NCBI RefSeq assembly: GCF_018350175.1
Contig: NC_058376.1
Span: 74,772,001-74,836,000 of the forward strand
From: Felis catus
Taxonomy: Eukaryota
Direction of reading: 5' to 3'
Length of the DNA stretch: 64,000 bases
The translations under genes and the position numbers were made by a program. The notes under the pieces were generated by a model that made no database searches, had not been told where the DNA came from, and was given only the letters and a program-made list of their open reading frames with translations. Each line of letters begins with the position of its first letter. The stretch's first letter is position 1. Of this stretch, positions 1 to 12,365 are shown piece after piece.

Positions 1-18
1 CTGTTTCTCCAGGTGAAC
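1..18 (-). CDS. OPA1: OPA1 exon 5, 5' part (truncated by window edge)
   Basis: Acceptor tttatctttaag|GT TCA CCT GGA GAA ACA G gives (G)SPGET(A), the start of exon 5 just before the OMA1 S1 site. Confidence 0.88.
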
Positions 19-1240
19 CTTAAAGATAAATAAGCAGTCCTTTAAATTCTCCAGTGATATCAACAGCCGAAATTCCAAATTACGTCTAATTTAAAGGCAA
101 ATGGACTTTTATAAAACCCACTTTTTTGAAAATTAAAAACTATTCTTATTTTAAGGAACACATTGATAACCTACGCAAGAAAACCTTTGTAAATATTATA
201 GGACATGTTTAACCTATTTAAAAACAAATCACTGAAAATTACAATTAAAAAAGACAATTTCTGATGAAGATAATTTTCCAGGAGAGTACTTACAGTTCAG
301 TCCTATATCACTGCCGTTACAGACCACATACCGTAACAAAATAAATTTAAAATGTCAAAGGGTGACAGGACAGATGAGACAAACTAAAATTACTTTTCAT
401 TTCAATTATCAGAAATGATCAGATCAATTTCAAGAAAATATTTTGGTTAAACAAACTTTCTTTTTAATACTTTTAATCTTATAGAAACGTATTTAGGAAT
501 TTTAGTTTTACTGCAAGATAATTATTTTATTATTTTCACCTGTAAGATAAGGAATTTGCCCAATAGAGTTCTGGAGTTTTAAAATTCAGCATAAGCAGCA
601 TAAATTTNNNNNNNNNNNNNNNNNNNNNNNNNNNNNNNNNNNNNNNNNNNNNNNNNNNNNNNNNNNNNNNNNNNNNNNNNNNNNNNNNNNNNNNNNNNNN
701 NNNNNNNNNNNNNNNNNNNNNNNNNNNNNNNNNNNNNNNNNNNNNNNNNNNNNNNNNNNNNNNNNNNNNNNNNNNNNNNNNNNNNNNNNNNNNNNGCAAA
801 CAAATGTCTGAGATCTCAGAGTTATATCATGATAGGGTGTGAGTTGGGCAAATACGCCAAGATCAACCTTAGTAAATTCTACTCATTACGGCCCATCATA
901 ATTAAATTTGTTTTAAAATCACCAAATCGGCTCTAACCAATTATGAAAAGCAAGCACATAGGAAGTCTAACCTACTTGTCAGGAACAAGAGATCGTTTTT
1001 TCCCTCACTGACTAAAGCCAAGTATGTTTAACCTCTTACAAATTTTCATTTTGTTGCACTAACCAAAATTTAAAACCACTGAGCAACAAAACTTTGTGTA
1101 TCTGTTTTTTCAAAAATTTGTTTTCCATTTGTACTAGATGTTTTCATTTAAAAGATACGAATAAACAAATGAATACATCTTAGTATTTTTCCTCTGGGTC
1201 TTCTGACATTTTAAGTGAGATCAAACGGGTCCTTCCTTAC

Positions 1241-1348
1241 CTGTGGTGAAAAAGTCCTTCAGTAAACTGAGGCTTTCAACAATTTTATCAAAGTCAGGTG
1301 CCAATTTTGCAAGGTCGTCTGAATTAGGAAGTGCTTTTCTAATTTTCT
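1241..1348 (-). CDS. OPA1: OPA1 exon 4 (108 nt, alternatively spliced cassette)
   Basis: Acceptor ttctccag|AGAAAATT and donor ACAG|GTAAGG. Encodes (E)[35 protein letters not shown]. Symmetric phase 1-1 exon. Confidence 0.97.
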
Positions 1349-2059
1349 CTGGAGAACAAACAAAATTCTCAAAATAAGAATTTGACTATTAAAACACTGA
1401 CAAAATAGAAATAATCATCATATATAAACTTACAATATTTTTCTATTTTTCTCCCTATTACAACTATAATTGTATCTGAAACAATATGTCATTGTGATGA
1501 TATTCCACAGGCCATGAAATGTTTTTAAAGAGTCACCAGATATATGGCTTAGATGGAAACTTTTCATTTATAAGTTAAATGCCAGGAACTATAAGTACTG
1601 TATTAACAATGTTAATGCTGTATTGGAATCAGAAGTACCTTTAAGGAGAAAGTCACAGCAAAGAGGCCAAGAATCAAAGAAAATACAGAAAAACACCTCT
1701 TGAAACACCTGGTCCAAACTCGAAGACAGTAATGAAATAAAAAATAGAATTCCATTACTTTTTTCCATCCTTTCACAGACCCTAAGAAAATTCACACTTG
1801 TTAACATTTGGAAATAACTGTCTAAGAACCCATGGCAAACTTCGGTTTTATTTTTGCTGGTTTTATTTATAAAATGGTCAAAGTATTCATTTTTGTTTAC
1901 GAAAATTTTGATGCTCAATTTTGTCAAAGTTTTGTACAACGGTACAGTATCTTCTGAATTAGAATGCACTTTTCTTAATTTTCTCTGCAGAGGACTAAAA
2001 TACATAAATATTCTCAAAATAAAGAGTATGTCAGATATTATTCTAAATGCTGTTACAGC

Positions 2060-2240
2060 ACTCCCCTGTTTAATCCTCAAGGCAGCCCTACAGAACAGTT
2101 ATCACCAAACCCACTTTACAGGTGAGGAACTGGGGCACTGAGGTTAAGTAGATGAGCCTGCACAACAGCAAAGAAGCAGGGAGTCAGGCTTGAGGCTGGC
2201 CAGTGCAGCTTCAGAACCCGACCCTCAGCCCCACACTGTG
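2060..2240 (-). mobile_element. MIR SINE remnant
   Basis: MIR core-like cccactttacaggtgaggaactggggcactgaggttaagt. Confidence 0.65.
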
Positions 2241-3035
2241 GTGCTGGCAAATGCATCAAGGTAAAAGCTCTCCTCACGAATATTAGAAAAACATGGAAAG
2301 AATGCTACAGATTCCTGCAGATCCCTCTGTCAGTGCAGCACGGTTTTATCTTTAAGAGCTGTAAGTGCATGTAGAGAGTAATTCCACCCCCATATGCACC
2401 TAAGAAATTAAACAAACTCTAAAAAAAGAAAAGACTGAGGAAAGTAATTCCATTAAAAGAAAATTTTGTTTAAATCATCATAACATACTGGCAATCAGAA
2501 CTATCAGATATACTTTTTTCTCATCTACCTATTATAGAAAAAGGTGAACAGTACCTGACTATGGCAAGAAATGATTACGGACTCTAGCGGGCTTTGAGGG
2601 ACTTGGCTACAAAAAGTAGAAGTCACCAAGGTATCCAATAAAAAGTAACTAGTGAGGTGGGTTATGGTGCATCTGCTCTGGGTGAGAATACAGAACACTG
2701 AAAGTGATGTCCAGAGAGGCTGCTTTGGCTAACAAATGTGTTGGGCAGGAAAAGAAGCCAAAGTGTATACTGTTGCCATATAACTTTTAAAAAGGAAACT
2801 AAAATAATAACCACATACACAGACTAGGTTCAATTAAAAGAAAATGTCCATGAGGATAGTAGTAGCTATGTGAAAGTGATGGACGAAGGGGTTATTTTTT
2901 TTCTACCAGTTTTTTCTTTGATATTCTATTTTATCATTAAAATAAAACTGCTACACAGTGAACTCATGAGTGAAGAAACTATCTCAATACCACTATTTCT
3001 CTTTCCCGAAGATATGACCAAAAAAACGTATTTTA

Positions 3036-3149
<114 letters not shown>

Positions 3150-3745
3150 CTAAAAGAAAAGAAAATATGCCAATCGAATGTTCTGAATGTCATACAAAAA
3201 ATAAAGAAAAACCACCTTAGTTTATCTAATTAAAACATGCTAATCTACAAAGAGCGATACATTATGGTCAAAATTTTTAGAAACAAAATAGCCTCAGTTC
3301 CTTTGAAAAAAAATTAGTAGGCAAGCATATAGAACACGTAAGCGTCCTTTTATTAAATATGGAAAATGTAAAAATTGAAAATATATTCTTACTTCAAATA
3401 GGCTTCATGATTTAGCTAAACAACACTGTGGAACGGAAGAAACACAAACCAGGGGTCAGGACACCTTGCCTCTGCTCCCAAAGATGCCCCAAAGTGGTTG
3501 TGTTAGCATGACACCTACTTTCCTGTCTGTGCTACTAAGTGGCAAGCTGAAAATCAAAGCCAGGTGACCTCACCCCACCCTAGTGCTCCTTCCACTAGGC
3601 CATTCTCACCTACTGTAATTATAACCAAGATCCAAAGAGCATTTTCCTATTTGCAACGTTAATTTAGCACATGGTAGAGATACACCATACATTTTTAAAT
3701 ATTCAACTGCACTAAACAAAAACGATTTGTGTTATAAGACCTTCA

Positions 3746-4141
<396 letters not shown>

Positions 4142-4370
4142 TCAGACCGGGTAACAATGAGAAGGAAACGACATAAAAAGAGCAGTATGCACAAGAGAAA
4201 ATGCACATGGGTGCATGTCACCAAGCACACGACATCATACCATAGCTTACATTAACCACTTACTCCATTTCCAGGCACTGCTGCGGCATGTGCTACCTCA
4301 TTTAATCCTGCTAAAAATCCTACGATGAAAGTATTAGTATTACCTCCATCCTACCAACAAGGAAAAGATG

Positions 4371-4374
<4 letters not shown>

Positions 4375-4410
<36 letters not shown>
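4375..4410. repeat. (CA)n microsatellite inside a MIR remnant, OPA1 intron 1
   Basis: About 18 uninterrupted CA units. Confidence 0.95.
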
Positions 4411-4412
<2 letters not shown>

Positions 4413-4797
4413 CTCGTCTAAGTGCACACCTATATGAAGATTCAAACTGACGCAGTGGGACTCCAGAGCCCTCCCTCTCATTTACTACATGCAAGCTATC
4501 CCAATCCAAGGAATTGAGATGAAAAGAAAAAAGGCAGAGACTTATTTTATTAACTGCTATTCACTGTCAGTAAAAGTGAAAACAAAATGAATGCAAACCT
4601 GCTTTCAAACACAAAAATCCCAGCAGCTTAGAACAGCTATTCTTTGGTCTCTCCTCTACGTCTCATGATCCTGAGACAGCCCAGGGATGGAAATTAAGGA
4701 AAAAATCATTACCACATAAAGTACCTGGCTGAAAGTTTCTGAGTAGAGTAAGTAAGAGTAATCAAACAGCAATGAAAGAAGGTTATTAAAGGCAACG

Positions 4798-5135
4798 TCC
4801 TACAGACTGAATGTTTGTGTCCCCCCAAAATTTGTATGTGGAAGCCTAATCCCCAACATGAAGTATTTGGAAGTGAGGCCTTTGCGAGATAATTTGGTTT
4901 ATTTGTAGTCATGGATGTGCCCATGTGTTGGGTGCCCTTATAAGGAGATGAAGAGCACAAATCTGTCATGTGAGGACACAGAAAAAAGATGCCCCCATCT
5001 AGGAACCAGGAAGTGATTCCTCAGCAGACATCAAATATGCCGGCACTTTGATCTTGGAGCTCACAGCCTCCAGAACTGTGAGAAATAAATGTTTTCCCGT
5101 TGAAGCCGCCCAGTGTTTGGTAATTTGGGGAGCAA
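4798..5135 (+). mobile_element. MaLR solo LTR (MLT1A-like)
   Basis: gactgaatgtttgtgtccccccaaaatt at the start and cagcctccagaactgtgagaaataaat near the end are MLT1A/MST hallmarks. Confidence 0.8.
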
Positions 5136-5619
5136 TAAGGCGATCGTGTATCAGTTGCACAGATACAAGAGAAGACACTAAAGTGAGGTAGCAGCACTAA
5201 GAAAGGAAAGGGAAAGGCAGACACCAGAATGACGGACTAGACACAGGAGACAAGGAAAACAGTAAATAGTAATCCTAAAGTTTTAGCTGGGAGACTAAGA
5301 TTACTACACTTACAGATATAAAACAATCAAGAGCCAAACCAACTGGGGGAATAGCCCACGGCTTCATAACACTTGGCTCAAACTTCTTTCAACCCTGTCC
5401 TTATAGCCAACCACTTAGTGTTTTGAGTCAGATAAACTTTGGTTCCAGTTCCAGTTTCACTGCTTACTCATGTGCAATCAAGGGCAAATTATGAATTTAC
5501 CAAAGCCTCAGTTTTTTAATCTGTTAAAACAGGATTACATCTACATCAGAGTTATTGTCAATAATCACTAATTCAAGTATCTTCTTCTCAGACCATAATC
5601 CCCTTCACTACAACCATCT

Positions 5620-6980
5620 TTGGCCCTATAGGAACAGCCAGGTCATGGATACTTCTATCTTCTCCCTAACCTATCAGTCTCCACCTTATCTATTTACCTA
5701 GTTAGCCTGGTTCATAGTCTTAAAGGCTCTTTTGCAAATACTCTAAACTCCCTTGCCCTCTGACTTTCTGTTACACTTGTTTGGCAATATGCAAACCCTG
5801 GATGAACCTTATTATCACTTTAAGCCTGTACCAAGGGAATGAAGCACTACTGAAGAAAGTCACACCCAATTGGACAGACATCTCAGCTAGGCCCTAAAAA
5901 AAGCTTGGCCATCTTACTTTTTATCAATTCATTCTTCCACTCTCTGCTAGGACTATTTCAGATGTTCCCCACCCACCTCTACCCTCCCACATCTCTCCTT
6001 GTTTCCTCCGACTCTTGGGAGAAAATGGAAGCCATCAGAGGGACACAAGCTGTCGCTTACCTACCGCATTGACACCCACCCTCCTCCACAAGCCCTGTAA
6101 GATTACAGTAAGGAAGTACTCTTCTGCCTTTTAAAGGCAAATCCCTGTTTCCTCTGAATTCCTCCCTCCTTTTCAGGAATCACTAGTCAAGTCTCTGTCA
6201 GTTTAAAGGAGAGAAAGACAGACCCCAGTTCCCTGCTCTAGCTCCTCTATTAAAAGCCAAACCAACCTGATTTCCATTTGTCTCACTTCAGTGAAACAGC
6301 CCTCACTGAGTGCCCTGAAGGCTTCCAGTGGGCATTTGTTTTTTCGATTCGCATTTTCTTTCTCTCAGCAATATCTGACAGCGTTGACACCCCCTCCTTG
6401 TTGGAATGCCCTCAATCTCCACAGTCTCTAGCTTTACTCCTACTCGCTGGCCACTCCTTTTCAGGCACCTCCTCCCCAACAACCTTTTAAATGTTGGGAG
6501 TTCATCGGGCTTAGATGTAAAGTCACTTGTCTTCTCAGTCTACCCATTCTTCCCAGGCAACCTTATCCACACCCATCTCCTCAACTGCCATCTGCATATC
6601 CACGTTTCTCAAAACTTGTACGTCTAGTACAAACAGTTAAGTTCCAGATCCTTGTGTCCAACTGCCTACTGAACACCACCCCTTAGATATCAAAGGAGTA
6701 CCTCAGTACTCACCTCAGTATCCCTTTCTCTCCTGGCATCGACATTCTCACTAGAGTTCCCCTGCTACAGTTCTTAGTTCCCTGCACTTTTCTTTAGGGC
6801 ACATAAAATTTGTTTTACATAATAATGTAATTATTGCATTAATATTTGTCTCTACTAATAAACTATAATCTTCATAAGGCCAGGGAGGGGTCTTGTCTGT
6901 TTTGCTTACCATTGTATTTCTAAAGTCTAGCCCAATGCTTCACAAGCAGTAGACACTTAATAAATCTGCTGAATGAACAT
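5620..6980 (+). mobile_element. L2 LINE fragments
   Basis: Pyrimidine-rich L2-like segments such as tctcagcaatatctgacagcgttgacac and tccaactgcctact, ending in an L2 3' end (cttaataaatctgctgaatgaa). Confidence 0.6.
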
Positions 6981-7406
6981 ATGTTATTGGGAGAACAAAA
7001 CCAAAACAAAAGGTGAAAGAACCTAGCAATGACCACACAGTAAGTGCTCAATAAATGTCATTTCAACAATAACTGCCCTAGCCTCTACTAATGTATTATT
7101 GATGAGTAGTCCTTTATCCCTCAAAAGTTGTTTGCTTTTTTAAAGAAAGTAGTTAATCTAAATATATATCCAAATAGATAAACTCCAGACCCAAGTAGTC
7201 ATATTGCTAAGATGTTTTGGCTTTTCGTTATTTTCTTCCTTTTTTATTCCCAAACCTCTAAAATCCCTGTTTCCACAATGGTGGCAACAACAGCTGTGGG
7301 TGACACCAAGAAAAAAGAGTATTTGGTGGTCCAAATCAGGAACCACATGTAAAATGTTCTTCAATCAATCCCCTGGAAAAGCTAACAGACTCAAAACAAA
7401 ATCCTA

Positions 7407-7648
7407 GGGGCGCCTGGGTGGCGCAGTCGGTTAAGCGTCCGACTTCAGCCAGGTCACGATCTCGCGCTCCGTGAGTTCGAGCCCCGCGTCAGGCTCTGGG
7501 CTGATGGCTCAGGGCCTGGAGCCTGTTTCCGATTCTGTGTCTCCCTCTCTCTCTGCCCCTCCCCCGTTCATGCTCTGTCTCTCTCTGTCCCAAAAATAAA
7601 TAAACGTTGAAAAAAAAAATTTAAAAAAAAAAATAAAAAAAAAAAACA
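7407..7648 (+). mobile_element. Young full-length felid Can-SINE with 15-bp TSD
   Basis: GGGGCGCCTGGGTGGCGCAGTCGG head, intact B box GAGTTCGAGCC, CT tract and long A tail. TSD AAAACAAAATCCTAG at 7393-7407 and 7649-7663. Confidence 0.95.
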
Positions 7649-8354
7649 AAAACAAAATCCTAGTACTTGGGAAGGTATCCTCAAGTATTATTTCCAGAGC
7701 TTCCAATTCATGGTGATACTCTAAAAGATCAATGCTCATACAGGAGAGACTCTTTTCCACAAAAGGGTCCTCTTGAGATATAGGTAAGAGAGTAAAAAGA
7801 GGAGAAGAAATTGAGATTTACTGAAGCACCATCTGGGGAAAGGCTGTGTCACCCTCAGTCCAGTGCAGCTGAATGTTAAAATACGAACACTTGCCCCCAG
7901 GATGAACAATCTGCCAGGGAGGAGCTAAAGCTCATGTGTGTGTGGGGTGCAGGGCAGGGAAGGTCTGGGAAGAAAAGAAAAATAGGATACCTACAAACAC
8001 AGAGAAATCAGATTGTCCCAACAGTCTGTATTCCGTGTTCGTTGACAAAGGTTGCCAGAAAAAAATGTGGTAGTGCCTTTACAGTTCTGAAGGAAAAGTA
8101 TTTTGAATACAGACTTCTACATTTGGCCAAAGTGAAAATCAAATGTGATGCAAAGCAAGCTCCTCTGCTGCCCCCAAAACCATCTATTCTCTCTCCTCTA
8201 CCATCTCTTTTAACCTATGCATCATTTCCTAATACATAATTCTCTTTTCAACAAGTTTACACAAATATTTATTGCACCTAAATATGGGAGTATGTATTTA
8301 GAGATGTATGTCAAAAAATGTTTATGTTCCCATCTGTTTAAGAATGGGAATTCA

Positions 8355-8562
8355 GGGGCACCTGGGTGGCTCAGTCAGTTAAGGGTCTGACTTCAGTTCA
8401 GGTCATGACTTCACAGTTTGTGGGTTCCAGCCCCATGTCGGGCTCTGTGCTGACAGCTCGGAACCTGGAGCCTGCTTCAGATTCTGTGTCTCTCTCTCTC
8501 TCTGCCCCTCCCCTGCTTGCACTTGGTCTCTCTCTCAAAAATAAACATAAAAATAAAAAAAA
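8355..8562 (+). mobile_element. Can-SINE
   Basis: ggggcacctgggtggctcag head and A tail. Imperfect TSD AAGAATGG(G/A)AATT. Confidence 0.92.
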
Positions 8563-9839
8563 AAGAATGGAAATTTAAGTGTACTCCTTCATAACACGTA
8601 TTCTTCTTTGCAGAAGAAATACAGCAAAAGACAAATTTCAGAGCTGAGGCTTCTAACTTTCCAGATCTTTACTTCTGCAGGGTAGCTAAACTGCACTATC
8701 AACATAAGACACTTTTAAGCCATGACTTTGTAGAGTCTATAGTAACTTTAGAAATAATTTACCCCAACGACATCCACAAACAAATGTCAGTTATTAATTA
8801 GCTGTTGTTAAGGTCAATTTTTAAAGTTTTCCTACATATCTTAATTGTTCCAATGAAGTATGCTATTTTTGGCAAAGTCTTTTCTCTTTTTATTCAAATA
8901 AAATTAGATAGGTTTCTCCAGGAAATAGTGACGAGTAGAAACAAAAAGTAGTAAATAATCTACTGTAGTTATCAAGGGCTATGGATTTACTCAGAAACTC
9001 AAATTCCATTAAATTAGAAATAACTATTCACTTATTCTAATTGACTGTAACTGTTGTATGTCATCTGATTCTAAATATAGACTCAAATTAACCTTTATAA
9101 AACAAATGGATTCCATTCCTTATAAACACTATAAATTACCTACACTATTTAAACAACGTTCTGAAAAAAATTCAAGACAGGTGTTTGGAGGCTAATTCAG
9201 GAAAACCAAGTTTTTCCAACCTTAATTGATGCATATTACTTCTTCTCAAAAGCCTGCAACAATGAGTTAAGCCTGAAAGTGTCTAAGGATATTAGAACAC
9301 AAATATGTGTCAAGATAAAGTCAAATTTAAATCTCTTTAAAATGCCCGTAGTAACCCACAGAAATGAAAAAACTCCTATGATTTTCTACTTAGGATTAAA
9401 CGAGGCCAGGGCAAAAATAAGTGTGATTAGAAAGCTGGTGCTATATTCACCACTTCGCATCCAAAGCAAGCCTTTCTCCCTAACACTGAAAAGCTGCTGT
9501 TAACAGGGTATCTCTAATCACCACCTCGGCCACCATTTGCGTCACTGCTTCAGATCTGACTCCAAAGCAAGTCTAGTCTGCGGACGAAGGCAAGAGGCAG
9601 AGTCCTCTTTACCCTAGCAGAAGACAGAGTACCTGCAGGAGCAAGGCACACCAGGCGTGGAGGCAGAAGAAAAAGAGTTAAGAGGGACACGGCGAGGGGA
9701 GGGAGAGGGCAGAAACAAGAAGCAACCAGAGACAGAGATAACAGCGAGGGCAGAAAGGTGAAAGAGGACAGGGACAGAAGGACAACAGAGAAGGCCAAGA
9801 CTGAAAGGAGCCCAGAATCTTCTGGCGGCACAGAAAACA

Positions 9840-10520
9840 GGCACAAGGGCCGGTACTGCAGCCGGGACTTCAGGTAAGCCCAGTCAGGGCTCCTGTAACT
9901 ACAGGTCCTCAAAAATATCCCGGAATCCTCCAACCGCCCTCCGCCTGGCCTGAGAGTTAGGTGCACATTCTGGAGGTAGTGATGGGATAACCCGGTTTTC
10001 CGGAGGCCCCCCAAATAACGGGGCCAGGTCTGAGCCCGCACTTACCAGGCCACGGCGGCTCGGCGTAGTCGCCACATCCCGCCGGCGAGGAGGTCACACG
10101 GGCGCCGAGAGGGCCACGCCGGAGCCCCGGTGTCAGCCCCAGTCCGGCCCCTGCTCCAGGAGTGACCCAGGAAGAGGCCCTCGGCAACAAGGGCACAGAG
10201 CAGCTACTGCGGCCCTCCCAATGGCGCATGGACTTCCGCGAGAGCCCGCCCGGCACCCGTACTCTGTCCGTCAGGAAAATAAGCACCACCCCCGCCACGC
10301 TTCCTAGGAGGGCAGCACAAACGGTCCGTGGAGGATTAGTGCCTGCGCTCAGAGCCCCCAGAGGAGACAGCCGCATTACGCCTCCCACCACCCCTTCCCT
10401 CCTTCTTTGTTTCCGGGTTGGAGTTACGAAATTGAGTTTCCCAGGTCAAAGATTTGGAGAGGTGAGGGGTTGAGAGTTGGGCAGGGACTGACAGGGTGCC
10501 GGGCGAGGAAACCGGTTTGA
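9840..10520 (-). promoter_or_regulatory. OPA1: OPA1 CpG-island promoter and 5' UTR
   Basis: The only strongly GC- and CpG-rich segment in the window, spanning exon 1. It has an ETS/GABP-type CGGAAGT (minus strand, about 10232-10238) next to a YY1-like CAATGGCG (10219-10226), typical of TATA-less promoters of nuclear-encoded mitochondrial genes. Confidence 0.85.
10046..10077 (-). CDS. OPA1: OPA1 mitochondrial dynamin-like GTPase, coding exon 1 (32 nt; MWRLRRAAVA+TG)
   Basis: Minus strand reads GGCGGG ATG TGG CGA CTA CGC CGA GCC GCC GTG GCC TG|GTAAGT. This matches the OPA1 N-terminus, ends in a consensus donor and lies in a CpG island. Confidence 0.97.
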
Positions 10521-11778
10521 TAAATTCTCTCTGGGTGGCTGCCAATTTAAGAAAATGTAGGTATTTACGGAGCTTGGAGGAGCCTAGCGAGTACAAAATG
10601 AATACAGTAGTAGTGTAATAGAATAATGAAAACCAACGGTTGCCCCACTCTTTTGTTCGGTGTCTTTGTTTATAAAACACTCTCAGAACAATCTTGGGAG
10701 GCAAGAGGAGTCATGGACTGATTAAGTGCTTTAGAATCGCTGAAGGTCGGATCTGAGAAGGGCTCCGATGAATTAGACCAGCTGTGGGTTTGCAGTAAGC
10801 TTGAGCAGTTTATAAAGGCATCACAAATGATTTTGTTTACTCTTTAACTGGCTTTCGTCTGACTTTAACTCATTTGTTGAAATGGCTTGCGTAAAGGCTT
10901 CCAACAATTCCATATTGTCAGTGGACACTGGACTGCTCAGCATTCATCTCAGAAGCCTGGGTGCTCAGCGCTCTCCTTTGTTGGCTTCCCTCTCCTGGTT
11001 TTCAGGACATAACATTCTCCTTTTCTGCTCCCCATTCTCCTTTGCTGGCTCCTCTCCCAAAAACTCTCCGTGTAAGAGGGTCCCAGATTTCAGAGATCCT
11101 GGGTCCCTTTCCTTCTCTATCTTCATTTTCTCCCTAAGTAATCGAATCAATTCTAGGACTTTAAATACGTTTTCCCCTTACTACTCTTGTCATTTTATGA
11201 GGAAACTGGGGCCCATAAAAGGGATGTGACCTGTGAAACGTAATGAAGTTATTTAGTGGCAAAACCAGGACTAAAATCAAAGGGCCCCTCTTCACTTCAA
11301 GGGCACCCCCCCCCCATACAAACAATGTTGAAAAATTCCTTTTTCCTTAGTCATCAGAATCCTAAGTCAGTATCCATCCATTCACAACAAACCCAAGTAG
11401 TAGACCTAGCCATTAGCAGTAAACTTCCCAAATGCAGGACTCCAGGATTTTCTTTATTATATTTATTGTGGTAACTGTTTTAGTGACAGGTACAGAAAGG
11501 AACTTGCTATACTGACCTATGCAAACTGTAGCTTTTTCCGGGATTGTAGAGTTGTGCAAAAATTCCTTTGTTATTGTTGCTTCCTAGTTGTTTTAGAAAA
11601 AAATAAGAGAAACCAAACAGTGGTAACCTCTTTCATGTATGGGTTATCTTTACATTTCACAAGGCCCTTTTTTTTCAGTTCTACTTCTAGGCGTTTATCC
11701 CACTGAATCATTCCCACATGTGCAAAGACATACATGTGATGTTTATGTTTGCCTTGCATGTAATAACAAAAGGTTGGA

Positions 11779-12038
11779 GGGGGCACCTGAGTGGCTCAGT
11801 CAGTTGAGCGACTGAATTCAGCTCAGGTCATGGTCTTCCAGTTTGTGAGTTCAAGCCCGCGCAGGCTCTGTGCTAACAAGCAGCTCAGAGCCTGNNNNNN
11901 NNNNNNNNNNNNNNNNNNNNNNNNNNNNNNNNNNNNNNNNNNNNNNNNNNNNNNNNNNNNNNNNNNNNNNNNNNNNNNNNNNNNNNNNNNNNNNNNNNNN
12001 NNNNNNNNNNNNNNNNNNNNNNNNNNNNNNNNNAACAT
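11779..12038 (+). mobile_element. Can-SINE (3' half in N gap)
   Basis: SINE head followed by an N run. Confidence 0.85.
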
Positions 12039-12365
12039 TGTTAAAAGATAAATTGAGGCATCTTAAAAATTGTAAGAGGTTATTTGATCAAAAATTGATT
12101 TGAATTCAGCAGTGCCGAGTCAGAAGTGGTTAGGAATGCTGCATCAACAGGAGTCAGTGGCAAGACTGACTATATCAAGAAGAAAGGGAAGCAAAACAAG
12201 GAAATGATTTGATTGGCTTTAGCTTTATGTGGTTGCCTTATTTGGGAAAGCCTCATTGGCTGTGATTGGTTGCCTTAGGTATGCTTTCTTAACCTTAATG
12301 TATTTATAGGCTTTAAGTTTTGGTTTGCTTAGTAGGCTGCCAAGGCGTTAGAACCAAATTGGTCT
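12039..12365 (-). mobile_element. ERV1-class solo-LTR-like element (MER101/MER31-like)
   Basis: Starts tgttaaaagataaatt and contains gattggctttagc...ttgccttatttg...ctgtgattgg, motifs recalled from this LTR group. Subfamily is uncertain. Confidence 0.5.

Noticed and set aside
1589-2080. 163-aa minus-strand ORF in OPA1 intron 3 and the overlapping 95-aa plus-strand ORF
   Set aside because: Non-ATG starts, AT-rich composition and no recognisable domain. Consistent with chance open frames.
9550-10704. Cluster of 100-163 aa ORFs around the OPA1 promoter
   Set aside because: Expected in stop-poor GC-rich and CT-rich DNA, and mostly non-ATG starts. Only the ATG-initiated uORF part was kept as a finding.
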